Assembly (NCBI GenBank): GCA_009103225.1
Contig: RHPI01000193.1
Location: 430,650 to 494,649 of the forward strand
Length of the DNA stretch: 64,000 bases
Direction of reading: 5' to 3'
Origin: Chlorokybus atmophyticus
Taxonomy: Eukaryota > Plantae > Mesostigma and Chlorokybus algae
Shown: positions 51,074 to 64,000 of the stretch, piece after piece
How the letters are laid out: each line of letters begins with the position of its first letter
How positions within the stretch are numbered: the stretch's first letter is position 1
The notes under the pieces: model-generated
What the model was told of the DNA's origin: nothing
The model's database searches: none
What the model saw: only the letters and a program-made list of their open reading frames with translations
Program-made: the position numbers and the translations under genes

Positions 51074-53517
51074 ATGGCAGCCAAAGCCCAGGAACCCGTG
51101 GCCTACAAGTATGCTCTCACGGTGAGAGCATGAGATCACTTACTTGGCTTCCATTGCAATGCCAGAGCTGGGGCATGTCTGACATGACGACAACAGCTCA
51201 TGTGCTGCATGTTGACAAGTTGGTTACGATGCTGTATGTTGCGGACACTCTTGTTCGGGTCAAAACTGACATTGACTATGTATGTGCAGGCTGCATCGGC
51301 AGTTTTATCCGAAACAGCAACCTACCCGTTGGACATGACGAAAACGCGCCTGCAGTTGCAGGTGCATTCATAGCGTCTGGTCACTTTGCACATGTTGTAG
51401 TGGGTATGCATGCATCGACGAAAATAAGCTTTCACATACAGAGGCCTGTGCATGCAAGCACATGCAGATGTGGTTACTTTTGTGGATACACATATGTGCA
51501 TGTATGTGTGTACGCATACACATGTGGATGTGTATGCACACATGCGCTGACACATGCGTGCCTGTCTACCAGCACAGGCACTGGCATGCATACAGGCGCA
51601 AGCACGCATGCATTCATGCATGCATTCATGCACAATGCGCATAAGTGGTTCACGTGTGTAGACGTGGGCAACAGTGTTCAAGCTCAACCAAACACGCACG
51701 CACTCATGTGCTTGCTCATGCAGGGCGAGTTGACGCGCGAAGGTTCGCGCAAGGGCGCGTTGGCGATGTTTGCGCACATTTACAGCACGGAGGGTGCCAG
51801 GGGGGTGTACAGGGGTCTTGCACCCGCTGTCACAAGGCATTGCGTGTACACGAGCATAAGAATAGGCACGTACGAACAGCTCCGCAACTCACTCGTTCAA
51901 GAAGGCTCTGGCGGTGTCATACCCCTCTGGCAAAAGATGTTTGTGGGAGCCACTTCCGGAGTCATCGGGCAGGTGTGTATACGTGCAAACATGCCATCAC
52001 TGCGTGGATGTGGGTGAGGTCTGTGTAGGCCTCATACCAGCACACACACGTGTACGAACATGCAGGAGCACGCGCGCACGCATCGGCAGTCATTATATGC
52101 ATAGTCACATATGCGAAGCTGAAAGGATGTTTCAGTACATACATGTATGTGGCCGCGTGGTAGTGTACATGTGGCCAACGCCCTCGAGCATACGGACACA
52201 CGCGCATGTGCACATGTATTGCCAAATATGTGTCACCAGCGTGTACAATGTGTATCACCCACATGTGCCTGTCATGCACATCACACAACAATCGCATTGT
52301 GCTCCTTCCCAGGTCGTCGCTAGTCCCACAGACTTGGTCAAGGTGCGAATGCAAGCCGATGGCGTGCGGGTCGCTCTCGGCCACCCACGCCGTTACACGT
52401 ACACTTTGCTAGTCTGTACTTTCATGCTATGCTTGTCAAGTTGAGTCTGCAGAATTGGTCACTTATTCGCATGGTGTGTATGGTACAGAGGTATGACGCA
52501 CGCCTTCACCTCCATTGTGCGCGAGGGCGGAGTGGCTTCGCTGTGGCGCGGGTGGGGACCCAACGCACAGCGTGCTGCGATGGTCAATCTTGGCGAGCTC
52601 GCTTTTTATGATCAGGTACATTGTTGTACATCGCCTTCATATGAAACCAACTACAACTGCACGCACACCATGAGCGAGACAGATGTTCTGTTTTGTGCAC
52701 GCTGGGCATGTTTTCATAGCATCAGATGTGAAACATTACTTTCATCTGCTACAAGGCACTGTTCTTTGCTTCATAGCAACGCCTTGTGAGTTGTGATGTT
52801 GTTATGAGTTTGAGTCTTAGTTGAACTCGCTTGCTTGAGTTTTCACTGCGGTACTCACTGAACTAGTGAGTGCAGACCAAGCAATGGGCGCTCGCACGGG
52901 GTTTGCAAGACAATGTGAGTTCAAGCTTGTTGATGGCATGTTGCCATTGCTCGTGTTGAAAGCAACCAAGTTATGCAGTCTTGACGTATGACTTGTGCAG
53001 ATTTACGCGCATACATTTGCGGCGATTGGTTCCGGATTCTGGGCCACGCTGTTTAGCTGTCCTGCCGATGTGGTGAAGACACGCATCATGAACATGGTGA
53101 GACACCTGCTGTGTACATGCTCTGCTATACATGCTCTACTACTGCCATTGCTGGTTGCTTCTGCTCACGTGTGTTCATGTTGGTTTGTTGACCTGTGTGG
53201 CAGCATGAAGCGGGTGTGCAGTATAAGTCCTCCCTTGATTGCCTCGTGAGAACGGTCAAGGCTGAGGGTGTATTGGGGCTTTACAAGGTGTGTGGCTGCA
53301 TGTGCACAGTTGTAGCCGAATGCAATCAACCAAGTGATGCATCCCAGTACGATGGTCAATTAATTCTGTTACGTGCAAGGAGCTGAGTGTCTGAGTTGCC
53401 TCAACACATGTTCTTCAGGGGTTCTTTCCAACATGGGCAAGGTTGGGCCCTTGGCAATTTGTGTTCTGGATCTCATACGAGCAGCTGCGTAAAGCGGCCG
53501 GGCTGTCATCTTTTTGA
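51074..53517 (+). CDS. UCP3: Mitochondrial carrier, PUMP3/UCP4 (SLC25A27)-type uncoupling protein, multi-exon
   Basis: [15 protein letters not shown]; [25 protein letters not shown]; [15 protein letters not shown]; [25 protein letters not shown]; [13 protein letters not shown]; [32 protein letters not shown]. Confidence 0.93.
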
Positions 53518-54717
53518 GCTACTTTTGTCAATTGTCACGACTGAAAGACGTGTAGTGTAATTGTAACTTAGTTCATTCATGGCAAGCATGTGCGATACAT
53601 TGATATTGCATTTGCCTCGCGTAGTATGTTAGGTCAATGGAGCGGGTATAGTAGCAGCCGCACAATCTGGTTTTGTTATGCGAGCATGAGTGTCCAATGG
53701 AGCTTGGTTGATAGTACAAGGATGTATATGGCCAACAACGACCTGCGTACCACTTGCGCTCATAGGTATATGCATGCGTATGATGATGTATGTACACATA
53801 TACCATTGAAGAAAAGACAATATGACATAGAGGGAGACACATTGTTGGTATAACACAGTCAATCCCCTCGCCGTTCTTTTGTACACACACGCATAGCTAG
53901 TGCACGAAATTACTGCAGACACGTAGCACATGTGACATTATATCGCAACATGGCGTGACTCTCTGCAATATGACAATGATGATATGATGTAACGTAAATG
54001 CCGTTTACGCGGTTCAATTATGAGAACGGTACTGTTAACATAGTTGCAAGCATGTGTGGGACATCATGCGTGCTGTCCCACACATGCTTTTACATGCAGC
54101 CTTCGGCTGCTGCAGGAGGTAACCCAAACCCTTCCATCTCTCTGCATGCATCCACTACCACATTTGCACGCACGCAAGCATTCAGTGCAGTAGGTTGGCT
54201 AGGTTGCGAGCTTCATAATTACACCCTCGGCCACATCTGTAAGTGTCCTTGTGTGCCTAGTCCGTTTTGCCGTGCCTACTATGGCCAGTCTTTGCATTAT
54301 CTCTTATACCGTATACATGTTATGCCACACACCTATTCACAATGCGGGGCGCACATGAAGATTAAAAGCCAGTTTGGGGACATATAAAGGGCAAAAATAC
54401 TTGCGTAAAGGTTATGGCAAAAGTACTCACGCGAAGGTTGGGGCGTTAAAAACGGCGAGGTCAAAGTTTGAAGCTTACATGCAGATTACAAGTTTGATCT
54501 TTAATAATACCACTATCATGCTGATTTGGCTGCTCCGCGTGTTTTTCCTCATTTCCCCACCAAAAATTGTCTGATCAAAAATGCATGCTGCTGAAAAGTT
54601 ATCTGTCCATTCTCTATCCATCAATCTTTATGTGCGTGTTGCGATAAGTATGCGGTCACCTCATTGAAGTGATTGGTTCGATGTAGTTCAGCCTACTGTA
54701 ATTTGTCAAATACCCCC

Positions 54718-54872
54718 NNNNNNNNNNNNNNNNNNNNNNNNNNNNNNNNNNNNNNNNNNNNNNNNNNNNNNNNNNNNNNNNNNNNNNNNNNNNNNNNNNN
54801 NNNNNNNNNNNNNNNNNNNNNNNNNNNNNNNNNNNNNNNNNNNNNNNNNNNNNNNNNNNNNNNNNNNNNNNN
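54718..54872. other. Assembly gap (155 N) bracketed by an inverted repeat
   Basis: AATACCCCC-N-GGGGGTATT. Confidence 0.98.
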
Positions 54873-55809
54873 GGGGGTATTCAAAGAAATCCAGTACGTT
54901 GTGCAATGCATTGCAAGTTGCAAATTCCGTAAGAGTAAACGCTGTTAATCTTGCAGTATGTTGTGCTAACTCGTTCATGCATTGCTTACTAGTAGTAAGC
55001 AATGCATGTATGTGTCCGTAAGGTAAGTGAGTTACTACCTTATAGACACGTACATTACACCCCAAAACATAATAATCAATTGCCTTTAACTATAATTGTA
55101 CTAGGGGATTGCAGTCTTTGTTAACAGTAGTAATACCAATGCATCCATTGAGTTTTACGATCATTATAGTGAAACGTTAAAGTACAAAATAACTTGCAAA
55201 AGTGAGTGTGGGTTGTAATGTACGTGTCTCTACGGCAGTACACACATTAATAATGTATTTCTTCGTGCAATTGTTTTTTGCTTTCAGTTGTTCGTTTGTT
55301 GCTACTTGCAAGTGTTGCTACCCACTTGTATGCAAGCACGTTCTCACAAACAAAAAGTAAGTAGGTGGTTTAAAGTATTGTTCTGTCATCGCAAATTTGG
55401 GTTCGTAACCAGCCGTAATCACCAATGATGAACCTGCAATCGTCGTGTAACGACTCGTCATTCAGACGAGTCACCGTTGAACCATGTTTTGTATATTTTT
55501 ATTACCGTAGCCCGTTTGTTCGATTTGACACATTCAAAGCGTTCAAACTATTGGCGGGGGGACAGGGTTACATTTCAAACTCGACGACGGCGACGACGTC
55601 GGCTACACCGGCAGCACCGGCAACAAGCCAACAACACCTGAAACGACTCTTCAACTGAGCGCCTGCTCCTGTTTTGCTCCTGGCCTGGTAGACCAGCTCC
55701 GCCCGAGTCAGGGTTCAGCTCGGCCGTTGCCTGAGGGGCTGGCCTGGTCGGTAGGGCTTGGCCTGGTGCTTGCTAGGGTTTGGTTGGGTTGGAGCTTTCA
55801 TCTGCCAAC

Positions 55810-58482
55810 ATGAAGTTCCAGGCGGGCGCCCTGCTCTTTGAGGCTACCGTCACCGGCCTGGACCACGAACCTTGGCCTGAGGTAAGTTCCCCAGTAGTTG
55901 ATGGGTTGAAATTCAACCAAACAACTTGCAACTGGTAGCTTCAACCCACATCAACTACAAACATTTTTACAAACCAAGACTTTCAGCAGTTGGCTTTTGC
56001 TTACATGCATGCTCATTAGGCTCAGCTGTCAACCACTGAACACAGTCGAATCTACCTTGCGACAATCAAGCAGAACAATGCCATGTACACTGCAGTATAC
56101 TACACTACCGAACTGTTATGCTGCTTTGCATTGCCACCAACTTGGTTTGTGTTGTTGTTGTTTGCACTATTGTTGTGTCATGTATATGCGAAAAAAGGGC
56201 ATGGCAACCAGCATCAAGCATTGGCTTGCATTCTAGCAGAAGTAGTTGCATTGATAGTGCATGCCCACATGCGCGTACGTGCATACAGGACATTCTCTAA
56301 TTTTATAGGTCATAGGGCCGGACGGGCAAGCGTACGTGGTAGGAAAGCCCGGGGACAGCTACCTGCTGACCTGCGCGGGGGCCGGCACCACCGCTGCTGT
56401 TGCTGCCGACATCGATGGCCGCAAACTTCCCGTGCGCTGGAACTGGTACCATGGTCACCACCGTCAGTAACAGCATCATACAATCAAGCCAACCACCATC
56501 ATCTTCAATGTCGTTGTTGTTGTGGTGGTGGTAATGGTGGCGGCTTGTGACTGTGTGCGCATGTACGTGTGCATGCGTGTGTACGTGCGCATGGGTGCAC
56601 GTGTGCATGCGTGTGTACGTGCGCATGGGCATGCGTGTGCATGTGTGTGCATGTGCTCCACTTGGATGCGCGGATGGGTGCGCTCGTCTGTGTGTCGTTG
56701 TTATAGCTGGTATGGTGTGTGTGTAGGCAAGCCACTTATAAGGGTTGGAAGACAAGCGCCACTGAGGACCGCTGCACTTTCGCCTACTTCACTGTTGCAA
56801 GTAAGCACTTGCTGTGCAATGTTCGTGTTTATGTTCATGGTAATGAACAGGTTGATGTGACGCTCTCAAGTTGTATGTGCATTCTGTGATGCAGCTCCAG
56901 CGGCAACTGCAGAAGGCTCGAGCCAGGCGGCCGCAAGGAGTGATGAAATAGACACACGCAATCAAGAAGCTGGCGTGATTAGATGCAAGTTCTTTGAGAA
57001 ATACCCCTGCGGATGGCCATCTTTGCACTGCAGGCGAGTGTAACTGTTGCCCTTGTTAGCGATATTTGGTGCGCAGCCTCAACCATGGCATGATCTACAT
57101 GCCGCACACAATATGTGACTGTTTGGCACACCAGTTCAGCGCCCAGCAACCGGCAAGGGGTTCAACATGCATGCATGTACGAGCGTGCGTGCGTGCACGC
57201 GCGCTCATGGATGCGTGCATGTGCATGTGTGCGTCTTCGCGCACATGCAGCTAATGGCGATATCTTGATTGAAGGAGCTATAATGCAACACAGGACGTGT
57301 GCACGCGGCGGGAGGTACCACAACAACCCACCGAGACTTGACAGCACGGAAGCTGTTGCTGTTGAACGAAAGGATGGCAAGAAGTTCTGGCAGGTCAGCA
57401 GCCTCGTCACCACCGCAGGCACGCATGTTGTTGCTTTTGCAGTTGCTGTCGTCGTTGTCGTCGTCGTTGTTGTTGTTGGTGTTGTTGTTGTTGCTGTCAC
57501 TGTTTACGTTGGCGCAGTTGCTCTTGTTACTGTTGCTGCTGCTGCTGCTGCTGTTGTTGTTGTTGTTGTTGTACGACTAACTTGTCCCACCAACAGGTGC
57601 GGAGTTTGTTGAGAGCAGGGGTCCGCCGGTGAAGCGGCATGGCCCACATTATGTATTGGGTGCAATGCTCGCAACGGCCATACTAAAGTTGGAGACAGCC
57701 GAGACTCTGCTTCTGAGAGGAGTGTTGGATGCAAGCAATCCCGCACATGTGCAGCTCATTCCGGCCACACTGTTGCCCAACAACAACAATGACTATGAGA
57801 GTGCATCAGTGAGGAGGACTCCTGTCATCAGGTCCACAATCTCACGTGCTGGAGATGGAGGTGCCTCTGTTGCAGAAGAGAGTGAGATCATTTCAATTGA
57901 CGAGGAGAGTGATGATGAGGGTGTGGATGAGAGCGATGAGAGTGGGGATGATGGTGATGATGTCGATGATGATACTGAGGGCAGCACAAGTGTGTTTGCT
58001 GCCACGCCTTCAGAGGACTACACTGACGAGGAGGAGGAGGAGAAGGAGGATGACAAGGAGGAGGAGGAGGAGGAGAGTGACGATGAAGCAAGGAAGGTTG
58101 TGCTGAAGAGTCACGCAAGCCAGTCTCCTTGGGTGGCTGCCAAAGTAGCTTCTGTTGTGGTGTCTTCTTTGCGGGGCATCGCATCGGGCAAAGCGGTTGT
58201 GAAAGTGAAGCAGGAGCGCACTCCAGCGCTCCAGCGTGCCAGACGCCAAGTAAGAGTGGTTTGAGCAGGGCCATAGGCGTGTGTGAAGGCGTGCGTGTAT
58301 GCGTGCGTGTGCGTGTGTGTGTGTGTATGTGTGTGTGGGAGGTTGCGTGTATTTGTTTGCTTGAGGCTCATTGTGTGCCTTGGCAGGTATTCTGCGATCT
58401 GACAAATGAGGACAACCCCATTGTGTGGAGCGTTCGGGCGGTGGATGTGGCTGTGGTTACCGTTGATGGTGATGATGCTTAG
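55810..58482 (+). CDS. Hypothetical multi-exon protein with an acidic C-terminal region
   Basis: Phase-compatible exons MKFQAGALLFEATVTGLDHEPWPE|VIGPDGQAYVVGKPGDSY...DIDGRKL...|GWKTSATEDRCTFAYFTV|...GVIRCKFFEK...|KDGKKFWQVSSLVTTAG|...LKLETAETLLLRGVL...; acidic tract; VFCDLT. Confidence 0.65.
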
Positions 58483-59519
58483 TATTGTTGTTTCATGCCC
58501 GTGAACTTGGCAACTGAGTTGCGAATCAAGACCGGTTTGCGTGGGCTATGACCTTGTGTGCACGATGTTGACATGGTATGTGTAAGCTGCAAGCCATGAG
58601 TGCAAGCATATGCACCTATTCATGTTCCAGTTAGGCTTTGCAGGTTATTGCTATCATTGGTATGGGTACTTGGACTTGATGCCCTCCCTGCATCACGTGG
58701 CTGTCTGACCCAAGTCCAGCTTGCTGATACGTGTAGTCTAAGATGAAGCATGACCATAGTTGCACGCACGCTACAACTATGAACTTTGATGTATGGGATG
58801 CAAATCAATTTCAGTTGCAGCACCTTCATCGCTGTACATACCAACCCTCAGCTCTCGCACATCTCACAACCAGGGAGCAAGGTGTGTTTTGTTGCAAGCA
58901 TTGTGCAAAAGTGCACGAGCACGATCGACTTTGCGTTGCGCAATTTGTTTTGCAACAAGCTATGAAGGAGGCGAGTAAACGGGGACAACTTGTTTATCAT
59001 GTGCATATGTAAATTGATCCACATCATGAATGCGAATGAATTATAAATGACATATGTTGGCAAGCATTAAAAACATACTGTAACCGCATGCTAACATAGG
59101 CTTTCAGTTCGGTTTATGAGGCTTATGTTGAAGGCAAGATTGTATACAAATACAATTTTTTACAGATGTAGCCATGCGCACTTTTGTGGAATAAGGCTAT
59201 AATATCATCAACGTACGCTGCAGCTCGTGTGGCCTTGTCAACTTGACCATCAAGACCTACTGCATTACATATTAATGGAGTCTTATTTATTACATGATTG
59301 TATTTTTAATGCCACATCTAGCATTTGTAAAACTTCACCTCCTTGTTTCACATACATATACTTCGCTTACTTTACAGATTAGTATATAGTAATAGCAGTG
59401 TGTACAACGTTGTGACAGTTACGCAGCACACACCATTAGCAAAGGTGCTTGGTATTTCACAACATGCAATTGCGGTAATTAACGAACATTCATTCTTAAC
59501 CCGACGCGGACTTTCATTA

Positions 59520-59940
59520 AAAGTTGCACAATTGATAACAAGATGCGCGTACACGCATGTTGCAGATTATATGTAGCGCATTGTTTGTATAGGTAGCAAG
59601 CACTTGAGCTTGAGAAATATGATGGTACTTACATAAAACGTGTCAATAAATTGTACATTATGTATCATTTATAGTATTAATAACATATGTCATAAGAAAT
59701 TCTGAAGGCTTCTGGCTATCATCACGGATCGTTGCAGACTTTCATCAGAAGTTGCACAAACTACAATAAGATGCATGTGTTACATTTTGTTGCGCATTGT
59801 CTGTACATGTAGCAAGTACTTGAGCTTAAGTGATGTTATGATACCTATATGTATAAAATGTGCACATATCATGTAAAAACATGTAGGCTTTGACAAGTAA
59901 CTTTCTTTAAAGGCTTCTAGCTCTCATCATGGATTGTTGT
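59520..59940. repeat. Diverged ~205-217-bp tandem duplication in an AT-rich intergenic tract
   Basis: GCGCATTGT(T/C)TGTA..GTAGCAAG(C/T)ACTTGAGCTT at ~59576 and ~59793; AAGGCTTCT(G/A)GCT.TCATCA(C/T)GGAT at ~59705 and ~59910. Confidence 0.7.
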
Positions 59941-60320
59941 GGTTACTGATGTGGAAAAGCATGGAATGGTAATTTCCGGACACATTAAATTGTGGCCAGT
60001 CATGCCGGACCAAAACTAGGCCTACCATACATAAGCACCCAAGTGGCATGCTGCATGAACGTGCTCTCAACGGTCGATAGACCCATTGTTTAGTGTGACG
60101 CATGCACGGACCCCGCTGGCGGACCGCCGTATGTTACAAAGTATGCGGATGTAGTTTGAACGTCTGCGATCAGATGACAGGAACCATCTGACGGCCAATA
60201 GTTTTGGAGCGGCCACCAAGCGACCTGCACCGTCAATGGTAACTGCCATGCACACGAAGTTCTAATTGACTGCCTTTAAACAGCCTGTGATTACTTGATG
60301 ACGCCACAGCTCGCTTTGTG

Positions 60321-63300
60321 ATGTCGGCAGAGATTGACTATATGACATTTAGCGATATTCTTGAAACCCTTGACTGTCTTTCGTATAAGCATAAGGGTCT
60401 TGGCGGGAAAAGCAGCGGTGGCGGTGACGGTGGCAGTGGCGGCGGCGGTGTAGCTGTTGGCGGCGGCAGCCGTGGTGGGATGCTACAGGCTGGCTCAAGT
60501 GTCATTAGGGAAGGCGCATACTCGCACTCCGCCGCCGTCCCCACGAAGCTCTCCCTGCAGCTGTACCCTGCAAGCGACGACGTGCGCAGCGCTGTCTGCC
60601 ATGTGCGATGGTGATGGTGTATGCGGTCGTGTCTATCAATGTGGTGCTCGCAATTCCTGTCAAGCAGCCTGTCAAGCAGCATCTCAAGCTGGGCTGATCC
60701 AAGGATGGGGCTGTGCTTTATGCTTCGGTCGCGCTTTGCATGTCCTTTGCGTGAACTTCCATGAGCATGACATGCACAGCGGGTTGGTGTCTCAGACGTT
60801 GCATACTGCTGATCTCTGCTATTTATGTTTTAGGCTGTATTGTCTTGTCAAACTTGCAAAGCGCCACGACTATCCCTGCTATGCTGATGTTACAAGTCAC
60901 AGTTATGCTTGCAAGCCTCCTTATACAATTGCTCAACATACGTCATATGCAGTGAGCACATGTGGTTTGCTGTTTACTTATGGCTGTGCAAAGCCTTGCA
61001 GCTGTTGTAGAGAATTCCTAACAATTTGCTGCGCAGAGTAACAACAACCCTTTGCTAGAGCTGACGTTCAAGTCAACCAAGTCGGTGCGGGCGATATTGA
61101 AGCACTTGAGCAACAAGTGGCAGATATTTGCGCACCCGCACAAAGCCCTTCGACTGCTGCCTTACGCGGATATAAAGGGAGAGACTATATCGTGGAGCCT
61201 GTTGGACGCGCAAGATACCACTGCTGCTGACGTATATCGCAACCTTGGCTGCCCTCCCATCTTTCGCCTGCGGTAAGATACCATTGCACACGCATATGTC
61301 AAGATGCACACACATGGCACAGGCGCGCAGAGCCCACGCACATGCACATAGGCCGACGCACTCAAACGCGCACAAGTGAGCACGCACAAGCTTGTGCATG
61401 CGCACTTGCAATGCGTATGTGCCTGAGTTCATGCATGCATATCTGTGCTTGCAAGTGTGTGCCTTCTATGTCAACTGTTGTTGTGAATGCTGGCTTTAGT
61501 GTCATTATGAGGATGTTTGTACACGGGATCAAGTTCCTCTCCCGCGTCCTTGTTTACCGCAGGTATGGCTGGCAGGACCAGGATAGTCAAGCAGCACCAT
61601 CTACATCACAACCGCAGGCTGCATCGTTGGCCAGTACAGTAATAGCACCCTCAACCGTTTCTCCGCGGCGGTGGCATGACGCCTCTCCCAAGCGGCTGCT
61701 GGACGCTGTAGCTGGAACCAGCATACAGTTCCGTGAAGAAAGCAATGACGCCTTCAGCCATCACCATCTGGTCTGTTGTAGTATGCGGTGTGAATGCGTT
61801 GGTTTGTGTGCGCGTGCTTGCTTTTTGCCTGTACATGTGGACATCAATTGGTTTGTGCGTGTGCGTTTCCTACTACAGCAACCATTGCTACCAAGCATGG
61901 TGTTGATCAGCTGGTGCACAGCGCGAGTTTGCACCACGCTCATTGTTGATAGCTGGTGAACAACAGGGCTCCATTGCTATCACGCATCCCGAAGCCGGCT
62001 CGCTGTTGCAGCTCGAGCCGCCTGGCAGCAACGCCGTTACTCCATGTAAAGCATCCCCGACACCAGCTGACAAAGACTTGCAGGTATGCAATGCACTTGT
62101 CACACACGACATCTCTGCTGAGATTAGTTAATTCAAGAAGCGGTCAGTCATAATTAGCATTATCATCGCGTAATCTTGCGTGTGCGCGTACAGCTTGGGC
62201 CTCCAAGCACAGACGTAACCCCACTGAAGCCTTTCCAGCCAACAACAGCAACCCCAGGCAAAGGCCAGAGCAGCATACTCCCGTCACCATTTAAGAACCT
62301 CGACAGCATGTCAATACTCTTTGCCGAAGTGCGAGCGCAGAGGGCCGAGCTTCAAACTCAGACCCCTACCAAGGGCTCTGCGGGTGGCGTGTTTGACAGC
62401 GAGAATGCGTGCGATGGCTTTGCGTTCCAACATGTGTCTCAAGCTGAAACGCGTTCACAGAACTTGCATCACCAACAACAAGCGACAGTTGAAGAACAGA
62501 CTACTGCTACAAGATGGGCGAGTGACTTATTTCTGGGAGCAGCTGCTGGGGTGCATCGTGGTGATGGTCGTAGCATGGCTGCGCCGTCAATACTTGACAG
62601 CCGAATGTCGCTTCCCGATCTTGAAAACTCCAATTGGGTGAGTTGCAGTGCACTGTACGGTACTGCTGCACAGCACTGGTACATACATCTTATGGACACC
62701 GCACACGCACAGGTACATGTACATGCATGTTAACCATGCGTGCATGCGTGCGTGCGTGCGTGCACGGAAGCATAATAAAGGGTACGATGCATACACAAGC
62801 CAACAGGCCTGCACTCAAAGACGTAATGGAGTGCACACCCTCCCACACAGTTGCGCGCGCACCTGCCCATGCACGCATTCATATTGCCTGCATGCGTGCT
62901 TATTATCTCCGGGTGTCGCTGCAGTCGCTGGGCGCGACAGTGGTGGCGGCAGCAATGGCGGACAGGCAAGCCGAGCCTCAACTGCAGCACAAGGGGGGCA
63001 GCATGGCAGGAGAGCCTCTGGCCAAGTCATTGGTCCCTTTGACAGCAGAAAATGAGCTATCTTTGGGCGCCGACACTTTGCTAACCTTGTTGAACGACAA
63101 CAGTGTCGGTAAGAGGCTGTCATGACATGAGTTGGTCAGCGTGCAACCCACATGCTATACCCAACACGGACATCTCAATGAGTGTTGCATTGCAAAGCAG
63201 GGGATGTAAGGGGCCCTTCAACCAGCCAGCCCACAATAACAGCACCAACAAGTCAGAAGGTTGGTGTCGCTCGCAGACCTTTACGGGCGCTGTTTCACCC

Positions 63301-63746
63301 GCTCCCTGGCCAAGTCACAGGGGTACGTGATGATAAAGTACCGCCTAGCTACCTTGGTGTCTTGTCATGCATGAATTGTGTGACTGCATGAGTAATAGAA
63401 GAACTGGGTCACTTTGCAGGAAGAATGCACAGCTTCTCCAATAAAGCCGCCTCCTCCCGTGCCTGCACAGCAGCCGATGAGGCAACCCTCTCCACCGCTA
63501 AACTCTAGCATTAGCACTACTCAAGCCTCTCAAGCCAAGGTGGCGCCTGTAAATAAGACTACTGCTGCACCCAAAGCGCCCAAAGCGCCAGCGCGGAAGC
63601 CGCAAGCAAGCGGTAACAGAAAGCGCAGTGCTTCCCAAGCCTCGGCAGCAACGCTGGATGGCGTCGAGGTCGGCCTTGCCAATAAAGCGTTGGCGGTAGC
63701 TATGGGTGGCACGCAACCGCGCTTCATGTCATTGGCAAAGAAGTAG
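60321..63746 (+). CDS. TSL-kinase-interacting protein 1 (TKI1/Cramped)-like protein, multi-exon
   Basis: KLSLQLYPASDDVR...|NNNPLLELTFKSTKSVRAILKHLSNKW...LRLLPY...TAADVYRNLGCPPIFRLR|YGW matches the plant TKI1 KLQLFP...NP-x-LELTL...HLNRKW...FRLRYGW domain. Confidence 0.8.
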
Positions 63747-64000
63747 GCAGTTGCAACCTCTGTCTCTAAGCTTAGCCAATTTTTACAGTACAGTAGACAG
63801 AGATTCGTTGGTTGTTGTGAATCTGCCCTTTTGTGTACTAGTGCGAGGGTCCAACAAGTGGATCACGTTCCACTGCTAAGTCACAAGCCAAGTATCTGCC
63901 AGAATCGTATGTGAGCACTCAATGTCTGCTAGCTTCTGCTTTTGGTGCCCATGACATCTGAATGTGAGCAAAACGTGCCATTGCGCAGTGCTGGAACACT

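Overview
Intron-rich eukaryotic nuclear DNA from the green lineage, most likely a streptophyte alga. The evidence is recognisable TGD5, PTST1, a GDPD1-3-type GDPD, a PUMP3/UCP4-type carrier and a TKI1-like gene; the species cannot be determined from sequence alone. About 1-22.4 kb is a nested transposon zone. It holds two large copies (1-4941 and ~11230-18503, ~95% identical where hand-aligned) and one terminal fragment (~19175-20023) of a multi-gene DNA element. That element has two divergent intron-containing genes (a zinc finger + OTU-like cysteine protease gene, and a DUF6532-like gene), a palindrome cluster between them and a 53-bp subterminal array. The zone also holds a Plavaka-type transposase remnant and a decayed PIF/Harbinger element with two trihelix Myb/SANT genes. 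About 22.5-64 kb is host gene space: TGD5, SCE1/UBC9, DUF1757, tRNA-Asn, STK19-like, F-box/LRR, a small membrane protein, PTST1, GDPD, a UCP-like carrier, a hypothetical protein and a TKI1-like gene. There are two N gaps and an 870-bp (GA)n tract. All family assignments come from remembered motifs and manual translation; no database search was run.
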